64,000 bases of DNA from Eledone cirrhosa (taxonomy: Eukaryota), in assembly GCA_964016885.1 (NCBI GenBank), contig OZ024745.1:67146001-67210000 (forward strand), in the 5' to 3' direction. A program made the position numbers and the translations under genes. Positions 13,248 to 26,186 of this stretch are shown here, piece by piece. Position 1 is the stretch's first letter, and each line of letters begins with the position of its first letter. Below the pieces are notes generated by a model. That model did no database searches, was not told where the DNA came from, and worked only from the letters and a program-made list of their open reading frames with translations.

Positions 13248-13249
<2 letters not shown>

Positions 13250-13435
13250 CGAAGGAAATGTGGTAAGGAACCAGGTGGACCATAACGCACCAAAGTACTC
13301 AATACTTGAGGTAGTAGAGTGGGTATAGGAACCAGTAAGACCCCGACAGCTGAGCTCAAGCCGTTTCGACGGCTAATTCTGTCCAGAATTAGCCGTCGAA
13401 ACGGCTTGAGCTCAGCTGTCGGGGTCTTACTGGTT

Positions 13436-13440
<5 letters not shown>
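13248..13440 (-). mobile_element. Hairpin+tail element, family A
   Basis: Perfect arms 13325-13380 / 13383-13440; tail 13248-13324; (TA)n flanks. Confidence 0.85.
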
Positions 13441-13480
<40 letters not shown>

Positions 13481-13491
13481 TATATAATATA

Positions 13492-13530
<39 letters not shown>

Positions 13531-13548
13531 ATATATATATATATATAT

Positions 13549-13613
<65 letters not shown>

Positions 13614-14553
13614 CAGACACAGATATATATGTATATGACCTCAAGCGTTTCTACAATTCTACAGCTTCCTACATGCACGAAGGTCTCTTTTCAATCCAAC
13701 AACAAAAGTCTCCACTACTAGGCACTGACAACACACCGCCAGTGCCGGATCAACTGAGAAAGCATCAGTAACTAACCTTTTCCCTCTCTGCTTGTCAATT
13801 CCAGCCATCTTTAGGCATACACCTAAACATACGTGGTGTAGTTCTAATCATGAAAAGAAAAAAAAAACAATATTAATAATGCAGTTTGTGGTAAAATAAG
13901 GTTATGAGACCTATTTACTTCAAAGTTTTAATTGAATTGTTCATGTCTAGATATATTGAGGTACAAAGCTTATTGGTGGTTCTATAATAATATTATCTTC
14001 ATAAAGAGCTATTATGAGAAACAGGAGAATAGTAGATCGTTAATATAACGATAGATGGGAGTTAGAGACAAAATTATATAATGCAATACTACAATATTGA
14101 TATGATATCAGATGGATAGTAAAACAACACACGATTTGTTTTTTTTCTCTTCATTGACTCGACAAAGGGCCTATGCCCGAAATCATGATACTGTTTCCTT
14201 TGCTTTATGGCTTTATACGCTAACTTTATTATATTTTGTAACAACACTATTTTACGTTTAACATAATTACGTTAATTTAGTTTATGTTCACCACTCAGAC
14301 CAACGACATCATTCTTCGGATTGTGTGTTTCATTCATGCTACGCAGCTTCTATCTATTTATGGTTCGATAACACCAACAAGAAAATGTGACAATTTGACA
14401 TTTCAAACAATAAAATGTTTTTTCATGACATGATAATCGTAATGACTTCAATAATAGTCTAAAAGGAGGAAAATTAGACATTCTATGGCCGATCATTCAT
14501 AGACAAGACACCAGACACAAATATCTATAATTTACAGAACGAAAACTGTAGGT

Positions 14554-14626
<73 letters not shown>

Positions 14627-14630
<4 letters not shown>

Positions 14631-15440
14631 ATACTTTGGGAGGGTCATGTTGCCAATAAGAAACACACGCACCAGTTGCTTTCACTTCAATTTATTATAT
14701 ATTTATAAATTTATAAATTTACAAATTTACAAACTTATAAATTTCTGGTTGGTTGGTTGGTTCCACAACCAGATAGTTGTTTATATATAGTCATAGTCCT
14801 TTCGTCACACACTCTGTGACCTCTTCAGTGACTGGGGATTCCTTTCTTCGTTTCTGTGCCTTTCCTTTCTTCTATCCTACGCCATTTTGTTTCTGTGTGT
14901 GTGTTGTGTGCTCAGTTTGCGCATGCGCCACATCCGGGTGTCTGTGTGTGTTTGTGTTCATTTATCTATTTGTTTATTTATTTATTTATTTATTGTTGGT
15001 TGGTTGTTTGTTCTATGTGTGTGTGTGTTTTCATTTTGTCCTGCGTGTGTTTTCATTTTGTGTGTGTTTTCATTTTGTCCTTAATTGTAAGTTGTTTGTT
15101 CTATGTGTGTGTGTGTTTTCATTTTGTCCTTAATTGTAAGTTGTGATGTTGCTGTTCCACTCATATTTTCTATTTAATTTTGGTTTTAATTCTTTTATGC
15201 TTACTGCCTCTGTAATTTGCCTAAACATTGCGTCTTTTCTGTGTGTGGATTCTAATTTTATTTCTATGCTCTCTAATCTACCCCTGTGTTCTATCTTAGC
15301 ATGTTGGTAGAGCACAGATGATTCTTTATTATCTTGGAGGTCTCGCCAGTGTTCATTTATTCGTTCCCCTATACTACGAGCTGTCTCACCTATGTACACT
15401 ATATTTTTGTTTCTACATTGTCCTTCAGTACATCTTATGC
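14627..15440 (-). mobile_element. Penelope-like element 3' fragment (GIY-YIG endonuclease plus pLTR)
   Basis: YIGETARSIGERINEH..HAKIEH..RQITEAVSI..P.LN (15130-15399); ends at (TA)n; pLTR relatives at 56797 and 59180. Confidence 0.85.
14789..14833 (-). ncRNA. Minimal type I hammerhead ribozyme
   Basis: agtca-CTGAAGA-g-gtcac..gtgac-GAAA-ggac-TA-tgact. Confidence 0.7.
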
Positions 15441-15592
15441 TATTAGGAAATAGAATATGCTATTAGGAAATAGAATAGCTTTCACCGTATTTTTTACTAA
15501 AGGAATTTTAGCCTGATAATGGGGTTTAGAACCCTCAGATAAATGGAAAAAGATGAGTATTGGTCATGGTTATATTCCGTATAACCATGACC

Positions 15593-15637
15593 ATTACGAG
15601 CTGACGATCCGCTAAGGTGAAACAATTGTTCTCTGTA
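15593..15637 (+). ncRNA. Minimal hammerhead ribozyme, imperfect stems
   Basis: CTGACGA-tccgctaaggt-GAAA-CAATTG-TT with palindromic stem III. Confidence 0.55.
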
Positions 15638-15729
15638 TGGTGAACTAACTGTTGTGTTACCATTTCTACCTAACTCGTCCCATGGACTGAGTGCTCTACC
15701 ACTACGGATATTACCTTTTAGTGTTCTAG

Positions 15730-15801
<72 letters not shown>

Positions 15802-15991
15802 TAAAAAATACGTCGGAGAAATGCAGGAAACAGAATTAACAGGCAAGAGACATGCCGAAAATCGTCTGCATTGGTCAGCGGTTGAATCGCAAAGGAAGGA
15901 GACAAAGTCTTGAATGATAGTTGTGGGTAGGTCAGTAGTAAGAACTAAGAGAAAAGGAAAAGGGTAGATAGATGGATATAGAGGGAGAAAT

Positions 15992-16061
<70 letters not shown>
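15992..16061. repeat. (GATA)n tract; others at 16444-16460, 18454-18528, 24319-24411, 33734-33865, 35001-35071 and 36213-36286
   Basis: Seen directly. Confidence 0.97.
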
Positions 16062-16062
<1 letters not shown>

Positions 16063-16444
16063 TGTTTCTTTATTAGCCACAAGGGCACAAAAGAAGGGGA
16101 CAAATACAAAGAGGGAAGTTTACATACAATAAAAACGTGTAAAATGTTATCACAAATGCAATTTAAAAAATTAGTCGATTTTCCCCAATAGGAGGAGACA
16201 GTTTATATGGGTAACACATACCCCCGAAAAAATGTGAAACCCTCATCTCCAGGAGTACGAAGAGTTTGTACTCCTTTTCTCTCCTCCTCCTTTTCCTCAA
16301 CCTATAGGCTGATATAGAGAGAAGGCCCATTCACTCGGGCCATTCTCGCCACTTTCACCCACCATTCATAAAACATGCTGGGGTACAGCACCTCTCTCTC
16401 CATCCTGATTCTTCTTCCAAAGTGGTATTTGAAAAAAAGAATCA
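16062..16444 (-). mobile_element. Tx1-like 3' fragment in (GATA)n
   Basis: FFKYHFGRRIRMEREVL..WVKVARMARVNGPSLYISL; AATAAA then (TATC)n. Confidence 0.85.
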
Positions 16445-16460
16445 GATAGATAGATAGATA

Positions 16461-18453
16461 TATTTCTTTATTTACCATAAAGGCATAAAAAGAAGGGACA
16501 AATACAAATGGGGAGTTTACATACAATCGAGTAAAAAGGGTATAAAATGAAAATAATCGAAAACAACCTCAAAAGGGAGGGGACGTGATGGGGGTTGCAC
16601 ACACCCCCGAAAAAGTGTGCAATCCTTTGCCCGGGGAACACATGGAGAAGGTGCTCCCCTCTCCTTCACTTCTTTACCTACAGGATGGTATACAGAGAAG
16701 GCCCATTTACACGAGCCATTCTCGCCACTATCACCCACCTTTCATAAAACTGCCTGTGGCCAAGCACCTCTCTCTCCATTCTTATCCTTCTTCCGAAGTG
16801 ATATCGGAAGAAGTAGACCAGACTATGGCCAGAGAGGAAGTTGCCTGACCTCAGACCTTTCAATCGTGTCCACCAAACAACCTCTTTCAACATGGCTATT
16901 ACGCACAGAAACACCGCCTTTGCTTCCTTTGTGAAGAGGGGAGGCGGTTTGATTGTCATCACGGACTCGGCGGTCAATTGAATCGGCGCCACCCGTGACA
17001 GCAGTCGTTCGGCGTAGCCCCACAGATCAGCCACGCCCGGACATTGCACCAATGCGTGCGCAACGGTTTCTTCGTGACGCACGCATCTAGGGCAAATCTT
17101 TTTCGAGGGATCCCTGTCCGGGCGCCCGTGTCTGTAGAGCCTCTCTCGAACGGGTAGAGCCCCCCGGTAGCACTGCCAGGCTAGTGACTTCTGGAAGTTG
17201 TCCATTGGTCCCGGGCCGAAAGTCCTACCGAACAGGCTGGCCAGTTCGTCTTCTTCCATGTCCAGCGACTCTCCAAGGGTGTCATCGCCCCTGCTAGCCA
17301 CCAGCCCTCTATAGAATGATGAGGTGGATTCTCCACCGATGGCCTGGCCCGCTTGCCAGAGAGCCCTGAGCGCCTGAGCACACTCAGTGTGCCAGTCTCC
17401 CAGTTTTCCGGATCTTTGCTTGACCCAGGACTGCAGCTCGGTGAGCGAGACGAGTCTCGGAAAGGCTCGTTTCACGAACGGAGCCCACACCGGTTGACCA
17501 GTGAGGAATACCTGTAGGTGCCGTAGCCTTAATGCGTGCCTACGCATCATCAACCACGGCATCCCCAGTCCTCCTTTCGAAGGTTGTTGGCAGCAGATGG
17601 ATCTTCTCACCATAGGAGGGCGCTTCTTCCAAAGAAATTGGAAGAGCATGCGTTCCATGGTGGTGAGTGTTTCCTTAGGGCAAGGCACAACAGTCAGGCG
17701 TTAGTAAGTGACGGACGCTATGTAAATGTTCGCCACCTCCGCTCGGCCTTTTAGGGACAGCTTACACTTGGCCCATTTCTGGGTTAGTGCAAACACCTTG
17801 TTCGTAACCTCGTCCCAGTTCTTTTCCACCTGGAGGTCCGGTCCAAACCAGACCCCAAGCAACTTTACCGGGCCCTCCGTCCAGTGTCCGACGACACCGT
17901 CGGGAGGCATCGGTCTGCCTCTCCACGTTCCGAGTTGCAGCCCGATGGATTTTTCCCGGTTCAGTTTCGCTCCTGACAACCTTTCGTAATCCTCCAGTAA
18001 GGTACCGATCGCCTCGATCTCCGAGTCGGTCGATACCATTACTGTTACGTCATCGGCGTAGGCCGACACCGCTTTGCTCAATCCCGGTTCCAGGGGGATA
18101 CCCTGCAACAACTCTAACTTCCTCAGTAAAGGCTCGAGAGTCAATACGTACAGAAGGGAGGAGAGAGGGCACCCCTGTCGAATGGATCGTGTGATTTCGA
18201 ACGGCTTCGAAAGGTAGCCGTTCACATTGATCCTAGAACAGATGTGGTTGCTATGTAAGGCAGTGATCCAGCCTCTGAAAACAGGACCGAACCCAGCCGC
18301 CGCTAGCACCGCATCCAGGTAACCATGGTCGACCCTATCGAAGGCCTTAGACTGATCCAAGTTGATCAGGGCCCCACCGAAGCCGAGTTTGTTGCCAACC
18401 CTCTCTATGATGTATCGCATGAGGTGGAGGTTATCGTGAATGGACCTGGATGG
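16461..18453 (-). mobile_element. 5'-truncated Tx1-like element in (GATA)n
   Basis: LDQSKAFDRV, RQGCPLS, AYADD and C-terminal CCHC in ORFs 17701-18420 and 16678-17688. Confidence 0.9.
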
Positions 18454-18529
<76 letters not shown>

Positions 18530-18792
18530 TGTTTCTTTTATTTGCCACCAGGGCATCAAAAGTGGGACAAGTACAATGGGGGGAGTTTACAAAACAAGGC
18601 GTCCTCAATAAGGAGGAGGCAATAACAATATATAAAAATAAAATAAAATATAACAAAAAATAAAATTTATAACAAAGTCCTCAATAGAGAGGAGGCGCCT
18701 TGGGGAGTCGCACACACCCCGAAAAAAGTGTGCAACCCTTCTCCTCAGGGGCACAGAGAAGGGGTGCTCCCTTGGTATTTCATCTTCCTCAC

Positions 18793-21700
18793 CTATAGTC
18801 TGATGTAGAGTGAAGGCCCATTCACACGGGCCATTCTCGCCACTTTCACCCATCTTTCATAGAAACGGCTGGGGTGCAGCACCTCTCTCTCCATCCTGAT
18901 CCTTCTTCCGAAATGATATCGGAAGAAACGGACCAGTTGTTGGCCAGAAAGAAAGGTGCCTGACCTCAGTCCTTTCAGACGCGTCCACCATACAACCTCT
19001 TTCGCCATGGCTATTACGCACAGAAACACCGCCTCTGCTTCATCTTTGAAGGGGGAGGCGGCTTGATCATTACAATAGACTCGGTGGTCAACCGGATCGG
19101 TCCCACCCTTGACAGCAGTTGTTCGACATAGCCCCACAGATTGGCTACGCTCGAGCAGTGTACCAATGCGTGTGCAACGGTTTCCTCGTCGCACACGCAT
19201 CTGGGACAGATCTTTTTGGCGGGGTCCCTACCCGGGCGCCCGTGTCTGTAGAGCCTTTCTCGAACGGGTAAAGCTCCTCGGTAGCACTGCCAGGCCAGGG
19301 ACTTCTGGAAGTTGTCCATAGGTCCCGGGCTGAATGTCCTACCGAACAGGCTGGCCAGTTCGTCCTCCTCCATGTCTAGGGCTTCTCCGAGGGCGTCGTC
19401 GCACCTGCTGCGTACCAGCCCTCTATAGAATGTTGCGGTGGAGTCTCCACTGATAACCGGATCCGCCTGCCAGAGGGCGGTGAGCGCCTGGGCACACTCA
19501 GTGTGCCAGGCGCCCAGTTTTCTCGGTCTTTGCTTGACCCAGGATTGCAGCTCGGTGAGTGAGACGAGTCTGGGAAAGGTTCGTCTCACAAACGAGGCCC
19601 ACACCGGTTGTCCGGTGAGGAATACGTAGAGGTGCCGTAGCCTTAATGCGTGTTTACGCATCATTAGCCACGGCATCCCCAGCCCTCCTTTCGAAGGGTG
19701 TTGACAGCAGATGGATCTCCTCACCATAGGAGCCCGCTTCTTCCAAAGGAATTGGAAGAGCGCGCGCTCCATCTTGGTGAGGGTTTCCCTTGGGCAGGGC
19801 ACTGCGGTCAGGCGGTAGTAGATGACGGACGCTATATAAGTGTTCGCCACCTCCGCCCGACCTTTCAGGGATAGTTTGCAACTGGCCCACTTCTGGGTCA
19901 GTGCAAACACCCTGTTCGTAACCTCCGCCCAGTTTTTCTCCACCTGGAGGTCCGGTCCGAACCAGACCCCGAGCAACTTCACCGGGCCCTCCGTCCAGCG
20001 TCCGACGACGCCATCGGAGGGCATCGGTCTGCCCCTCCACGTGCCGAGTTGCAAACCGATCGACTTGTCCCGGTTCAGCTTAGCCCCTGTGAACTTTTCG
20101 TACTCCTCCAGTAAGGTGCCGACCGCCTCGATTTCGGAGGCCGTCGACACCATTACTGTCACATCATCGGCGTAGGCTGACACCGCTTTCCGCAATCCCG
20201 GTTCCAAAGGGATGCCCTGCAACAACTCCAACTTCCGCAGTAGTGGCTCGAGAGTCAACACATACAGAAGGGAGGAGAGAGGGCACCCTTGTCGGATGGA
20301 CCGCGCGATTTTGAACGGCTCCGAGAGGTAGCCGTTCACCTTGACCCTAGAGCAGATACGGCTGCTGTGCATAGCAGTGATCCAGCCCCTGAAAACGGGT
20401 TCGAAGCCTGCCGCCGCTAGCACCGCATCCAGGTAACCATGGTCGACCCTATCGAACGCCTTAGATTGATCCAAGTTGATCAGAGCCCCACCAAAGCCGG
20501 GTTCGTTCCCAACCCTCTCTATGATGTATCGCATGAGGTGGAGGTTGTCATGGATGGACCTGGACGGGATAGCGCATGTCTGCGCATCTCCCACCAGGTT
20601 GCCCACGACAAGCGCCAACCTCTTTGCTAGCACCTTGGCCAAAATCTGTAACTCTGTATTTAGCAGAGTTATGGGCCTGAAGTTACTTATTTCGTCCCCC
20701 TTGTTCTCGTCCTTCCTCACTAGCGTGACTACGCCCTTGGTCACGGTACAGGGAATTCTCCCGTTCTGTTGCCAGTTGCAGTAGACCGCCTCGAGGAGAT
20801 CGGGGAACAAGTCCGGCATAGCTAGATATAATTCGTAAGGAAGACCATCGAGACCCGGGGATTTGCGTTTGCCGCATTGGCTCAGCACGTCCTCTATCTC
20901 AGCGGCCGAAATCGGCTCCTCGCAGGACTTCGCCTCCCTGTCCGAGAGGCGCGGCAGGCCGTCGAGGTATGGACCGAAGTCCACGTTCCCAACCGGCTCC
21001 CCGCCCCTCCCGAACAGTCGGGCAAAGTGCCTTTGAAAGGCCTCACACATCTGCTTAGGCTCAAGAATCGCCCGTCCATCCAGGTCTCGCAAAGACCGGA
21101 TGGTGGATTTAGTTCCACTGTTGGTCTCTGTCACGCGGGCCCAGCTAACAGCTTTGGTCCCCTCGTTCCCTAGAGCACGTATTTTACTTCGGACAACGCA
21201 ACCTTCGTGCTTCGCGTCGAAAAACTGGCTCAAAGCCGTTCTCGACGCTAGCACTCTGGCCACGTCGCCGCTTCTAATTGCCTCTTCTACTCTATCTATT
21301 AGCTCCCTTTCCTTCCTATTCCTATCCGCAGCTAGAACCTTACTAAATTCAATCGAGACTACTCTAATCTCTCTCTTTAGAGATACCCACCACCTGCTGT
21401 TGACGATCGCTCCAGTCAACCGTTCCTTAACTAACGTACTAATCCGATTCCTGTAGGCTCTACTTGCCGGCAAGGACAAGTTGAGCTTCCAGTAACCGGG
21501 GCCCTGTCTATGCGTTCTATCAAGGTTGACCATGCAGGTCACCAACTTGTGGTCTGAATAGCCAGCCATGAGCATTTCTGGACAGCTTAAAATGTCCCTG
21601 TCCTTATTTCTAACTAAAAATCTATCTAGGTACGATCTAGATGATCCGCTGCGATTTGACCAAGACCAGGTTGGCACCGTCGGAAAATCTAGTCGAAATC

Positions 21701-22229
21701 TATCGGCCAGGTCAAATCGGCCGAGTAACCCCTTGAGGCTGTTGCACCCCTCTCTATCGGGACATGCCCCTGCATAGTCCCAACGTGCATCCAGGATACC
21801 ATTCCAATCCCCCACTAAAAGCAGGGAACGGGACGTCCTTAGAAAAGACTCCAGACGCTGGAAAAAGTCGGGCCGCTCTGTCCCAAAAGGGGCATATGCG
21901 GCTATCAGCCTAAAGGCTCTACCTTCACCACTGCCAAGGTCCAGCACCACCAGTCGACCCCCTGGGTCCAAGTGAACTATCTGTGTTGCAAGGCCCATAT
22001 GTTTTTGCAGCAGAACGACAACCCCACCCCCACCTCCGGGCTGACAGAGAGATGCGTGCATCTCAAAGTCGTCAAAGGTGAGGGCTAGCTGTCGCATGCT
22101 GCTGATCCGGGCCTCGCAGATAACCATCACATTTATAGATTGTGACCTGAGGTCATTTAGAAGCATTGCTTGCTTCCAAGACGAGCCCAGGCCACGCGCA
22201 TTTAGACACCCTACTCTTAGCACAGCCAT
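18793..22229 (-). CDS. Tx1-like ORF2: APE endonuclease, reverse transcriptase, CCHC; single 1-bp deletion at the G-run 19051-19055
   Basis: 1079-aa ORF with LNARGL, GDWNG, SDHK, KSPGLDG, FRPITLLN, DQSKAFD, QGCPLS and YADD. The sister copy at 34389 has 6 G and an intact frame to the stop. Confidence 0.92.
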
Positions 22230-24096
22230 GTTGGTGGTAAAGAGAAAAGGCACTTACCTCTCTGCGTCCCGGGAAACGGGCCGCTCAATTTCCATGCTGG
22301 TTGGGGATGGGTTGTTGGGTGGGGTGGTGGTTTGTGGAAGTGAAGGGGCATCGGTGTGTTGTGGGGTTGGGGTGTTTGTCGTTGAGTGGGTGTCTGGGTG
22401 GGGTGGGGGGTGAAATTTTTTAGGAGGACGCGGTTGATTGGTTTGGCGCAGGGGGGGCCCACGTCCTCCGTGAAATTTATTTTCAGTGTTTTGTACAAGT
22501 GCATTGGGACTTTTATCATTTTCAAATGAGGTAGTCCCACAGCAGTTATAAAGTTTGGCCCTTCAGTTTGGACCGAAGGGTTTGCTGAAATTGTTTTCCG
22601 TAATTCTTTGTTGTCTGTGTTCATGTATGTATATTGTAAGGTCTTTTTTTGTGTAGCAGTTAGTGTTGTGTGACAGGGAGGGGTGGTTTGTGTGTAGTTT
22701 GTGTTCTCTTGGGGGGGTTAAAGTTAACATGTGTGTCTGTGGTGCGTCTCCTCTTCTTTCTTTTTACTTGTTGGAAGGGATCTTTTTCGTCTTGCGACGA
22801 AAGAGGTTCGTCTTCCTTGTTGGGTGGGAGGGGTATGTTTTCTGGTAGTGTTTGCGGTGTGCGTGTTTTTGTATTTGTTTTGGGTGGGGAGGGATTGGGT
22901 GGGACAGTATTCTGTGTTATTTTTTCACGTGTTTGTTGTTGTTGTTGTTGTGGTGGTGGTGGTGGTGGGGTTGTTGGTTTTTGTTGTTGTTGTGGTTGTT
23001 TTTGTTGTTGTAGTTGGGGTGGTGTTGGTGTTGGTAGCAGTGTTTTTTTCTGTGTGAGCTGGGGACAGGCAGCCCTCAGGTGACCTCTATTGCCACAGAG
23101 GTAACAGGAGGGACGCCTACCCTCCACAATAATGTTGAGGTGGGTACGGTCATCCAGCATGACGCGCTCAGGGATTTGGGCGATGCGTTCTGGCCTTATT
23201 TGGGTCAGAACTTCGAGGCTCGTTCCACTGAACGCGTCGCCGGATGCCTTCCCTATTGAAATGAGGTTGTCCTCGTCTAAATTGAGGAAACCGGTTAGTA
23301 ACCACCAGTAGTTTATGTTTGGGGTGATGGTGGTTATCCATATCCTTTGGGTTTTTTTACCCATGTAGGTGGGGAAGAAGGTGTAGTGTGTGGACCGAAT
23401 TGGCGACACAGAGTATTCTTTTGCCGCCAATTCGTCTTTCATCAATATGGATAAACTCCCATAGAGTTTATCCTTTTGTATAAAAGTGATGTCTCTCATC
23501 GCGTCTTTCAAGACTAACTGAATTTCCGCTTGAGATGGTTGCGCTAGTTTCTTTGTTTTATTTAAAATTGTTCGGAATACGACAGTTCGTAATTCCGTCT
23601 GTCTTTTTAGCTCCGGAGGTGAATGTATAGAAAACGAACCGTTTTCGCCAAAAGACACATATTTCTTGGCTTTTTCCAGCATTTCTTTTGCTTTTGAAAT
23701 ATCTTCCAGCACATAAGCGACTGATAATTTAGCCGTTTGTGCAAAAGATATTTTGTTTTCGTTTTGGATATTAGTATTGTTTTGTTTCTCGTCGTTTGAG
23801 TTGTTTTCATCTTTGTTGTTGTTGTTGTCTTTCTCGTTTCGTGTGTGGATACTTGTGATGTTTGTGTTGTTGTTGTTTTTGTTGTCTTTATTGTTGCTGT
23901 TGTTGTCGTTGTTGTTGTTGTTTTCAAATTCTTGTGTAGTTGTGGCTACATCTAGTGGTCGGTCAACAGGTGAAGACAATTCTTCCTCTCTCTGACCTCT
24001 GCCTTTGGCATCTGCTGCTGTGACAGTGGCAGGGGGAAGCTGTGAGTATGACTTCCCCTTTCCTTCTTTGATTGATGGTGAAGATGCTTCAGCCAT
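22217..24096 (-). CDS. Tx1-like ORF1 (gag-like, CCHC knuckle), probable frameshift near 22660-22700
   Basis: VEGRRPSCYLCGNRGHLRAACP; ORFs 22660-24105 and 22217-22624. Confidence 0.8.
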
Positions 24097-24319
24097 TTTT
24101 CTCAAAATAGGGTTTTTCGAAGTTTTTCGAAAGATAAAATGTTCACAATACTATTTCGCCCAAAGGCGCAGAATATTTTGAGAGACCGACCAGATCAAAA
24201 TTTGACCTGGCAGTCCCTCTACAAAATGGTACAAAAATGAAAGTTTACAGTTTACAATTTCCGTATGAATTTAAACAAAAACTTACCGAGCGAGCTCAGC
24301 ACATGTGTCCATCGTAGAG

Positions 24320-24411
<92 letters not shown>

Positions 24412-24655
24412 GGACGAAGAGACATACAGAGATAGAGTGTCACAGCAGTAGTAAACAACACTTTGATTTAAGAACTAGTTTGTGTAGTTACAATGTTCAT
24501 ATTATTAAAATTACACGTGGGAGAAATAAAGGAAACAGAAAACGCTGAAGAGACAAACATGAACAATTCCCGTTTATCAACTGTCTTGTGGGCATCATTA
24601 TAGTTTTGGTTGCTTCATAAGACAAGACTATTCACCATAGACACACACACACACA

Positions 24656-24707
<52 letters not shown>

Positions 24708-24735
24708 CACACATACACACAGACATATATATATA

Positions 24736-24990
24736 TATAATACGACAAAGACGAATGGTAATCAATGGCTCGTCGGACCTCTGTGGTAGCTCCGATGAGC
24801 CATTGATTACAGAGTCGGGCTAGATCGATACAGATCGAACCTTGAGCTTATCAATAGCGAAACGCGCGTCACTAGCCAATAAACGTATTGAAGGAATAAC
24901 CATTCGTCCTTGTCGTATTATAATACTACACTCTGTCTCGCTCTACACCTCGATACCGACGTGAACCCAAACATTGAGTGCTCACCCGGT
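24736..24990 (+). mobile_element. Hairpin+tail element with hammerhead (CCGATGA variant, 24783-24878)
   Basis: CCGATGA-gccattgat..atcaatagc-GAAA-CGCGCG-TC-actagcca; the left end is an internally deleted inverted copy; (TA)n flanks. Confidence 0.7.
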
Positions 24991-25008
24991 ATATATATAT
25001 ATATATAT

Positions 25009-25111
<103 letters not shown>

Positions 25112-25749
25112 CAGTACTTTAAATAAATATTCACACGGAAAGTATGTGTATGTCTATTAAACATATACATTTTCTATACACCTCATATACGCATTATTTT
25201 CTGAACTATGGGGAATAAATAATAGACACTCAAGCTAACACAGTGGATATATATAAGGTATCAATAAGAAGAAATTGTTTACTAAACATATATATATATA
25301 TGTAAATATATGTAAATATATTATCTCAGAGTGAGTAGGTGTCTCCTAGAAATGGGTAAACGTTCTGAAAGAATTATGTATTGTGCTTTTACACGGATAC
25401 TAATATCATAATAAATATGACCACAGCTTAAAATACTCACAAGGAGGCACTCTGTGTATTATACATGAATGTTTATGATTCTGGCATAATCCAGGAAATA
25501 AGTAAATAAGTAAATCCGGACAGCACATAAATTGTAATGATATTAATAATGTAATAATAGCAATAATGAAAATTAAATAACTTTATTCCTCAAAACACGT
25601 ATTTCTGGATATTATAAACAAATGAAAAGAAAAAGAACAACGTTCAACAAAAACTCGTGTTAAAGTTCCATTAATATTATATTAATATTTAATCTGATCT
25701 TTAAATCAATGATTAATTATTATTGTGTGTATTCGCATTATTGTTTATA

Positions 25750-26058
25750 TAGACATGTGGTTAGAATGTCTCAGTAAAGAATCACAAGAGAGATTTTTAC
25801 GGGGTAAAACCAACTGGCAGAAGTCCCAGGAATAAACCCCGAGCAAGATGGTTGGATAACATCCATAAGCTTGGCTGGTCACACTTGGGATCCAGGCGGA
25901 TCAGTTGGAGACAGTTACTTCTGCCAGGACCCGGTGGAAGGAGTGCTTGAGAACTCTGCCACCACGACTCTCTCAGGAATAAGTAAGTGAAGAAGAAGAA
26001 GAAGAAGAAGAAGAAGAAGAAGAAGAAGAAGAAGAAGAAGAAGAAGAAGAAGAAGAAG

Positions 26059-26087
<29 letters not shown>
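25750..26087 (+). mobile_element. RTE-clade 3' fragment with long (GAA)n tail
   Basis: KPTGRSPRNKPRARWLDNI (GR.P..RW.D motif); GAA tract 25989-26087. Confidence 0.7.
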
Positions 26088-26089
<2 letters not shown>

Positions 26090-26186
26090 TTATATTCACG
26101 CCATCAGAGATAACTGAAAATAATCAATGATTTATTTATGCTAAAACACATTTATAACAACTATCCCATAGCTATATGATAAACAG

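Larger units (their letters stand above)
18529..24318 (-). mobile_element. Full-length (~5.8 kb) Tx1-like retrotransposon flanked by (GATA)n on both sides
   Basis: 5' UTR, ORF1, ORF2, 3' UTR with AATAAA and TATC tail. Confidence 0.93.

Noticed and set aside
14155-14195. gggc..gccc-GAAATCATGATA hammerhead-like motif
   Set aside because: Core and stem I are too decayed to call
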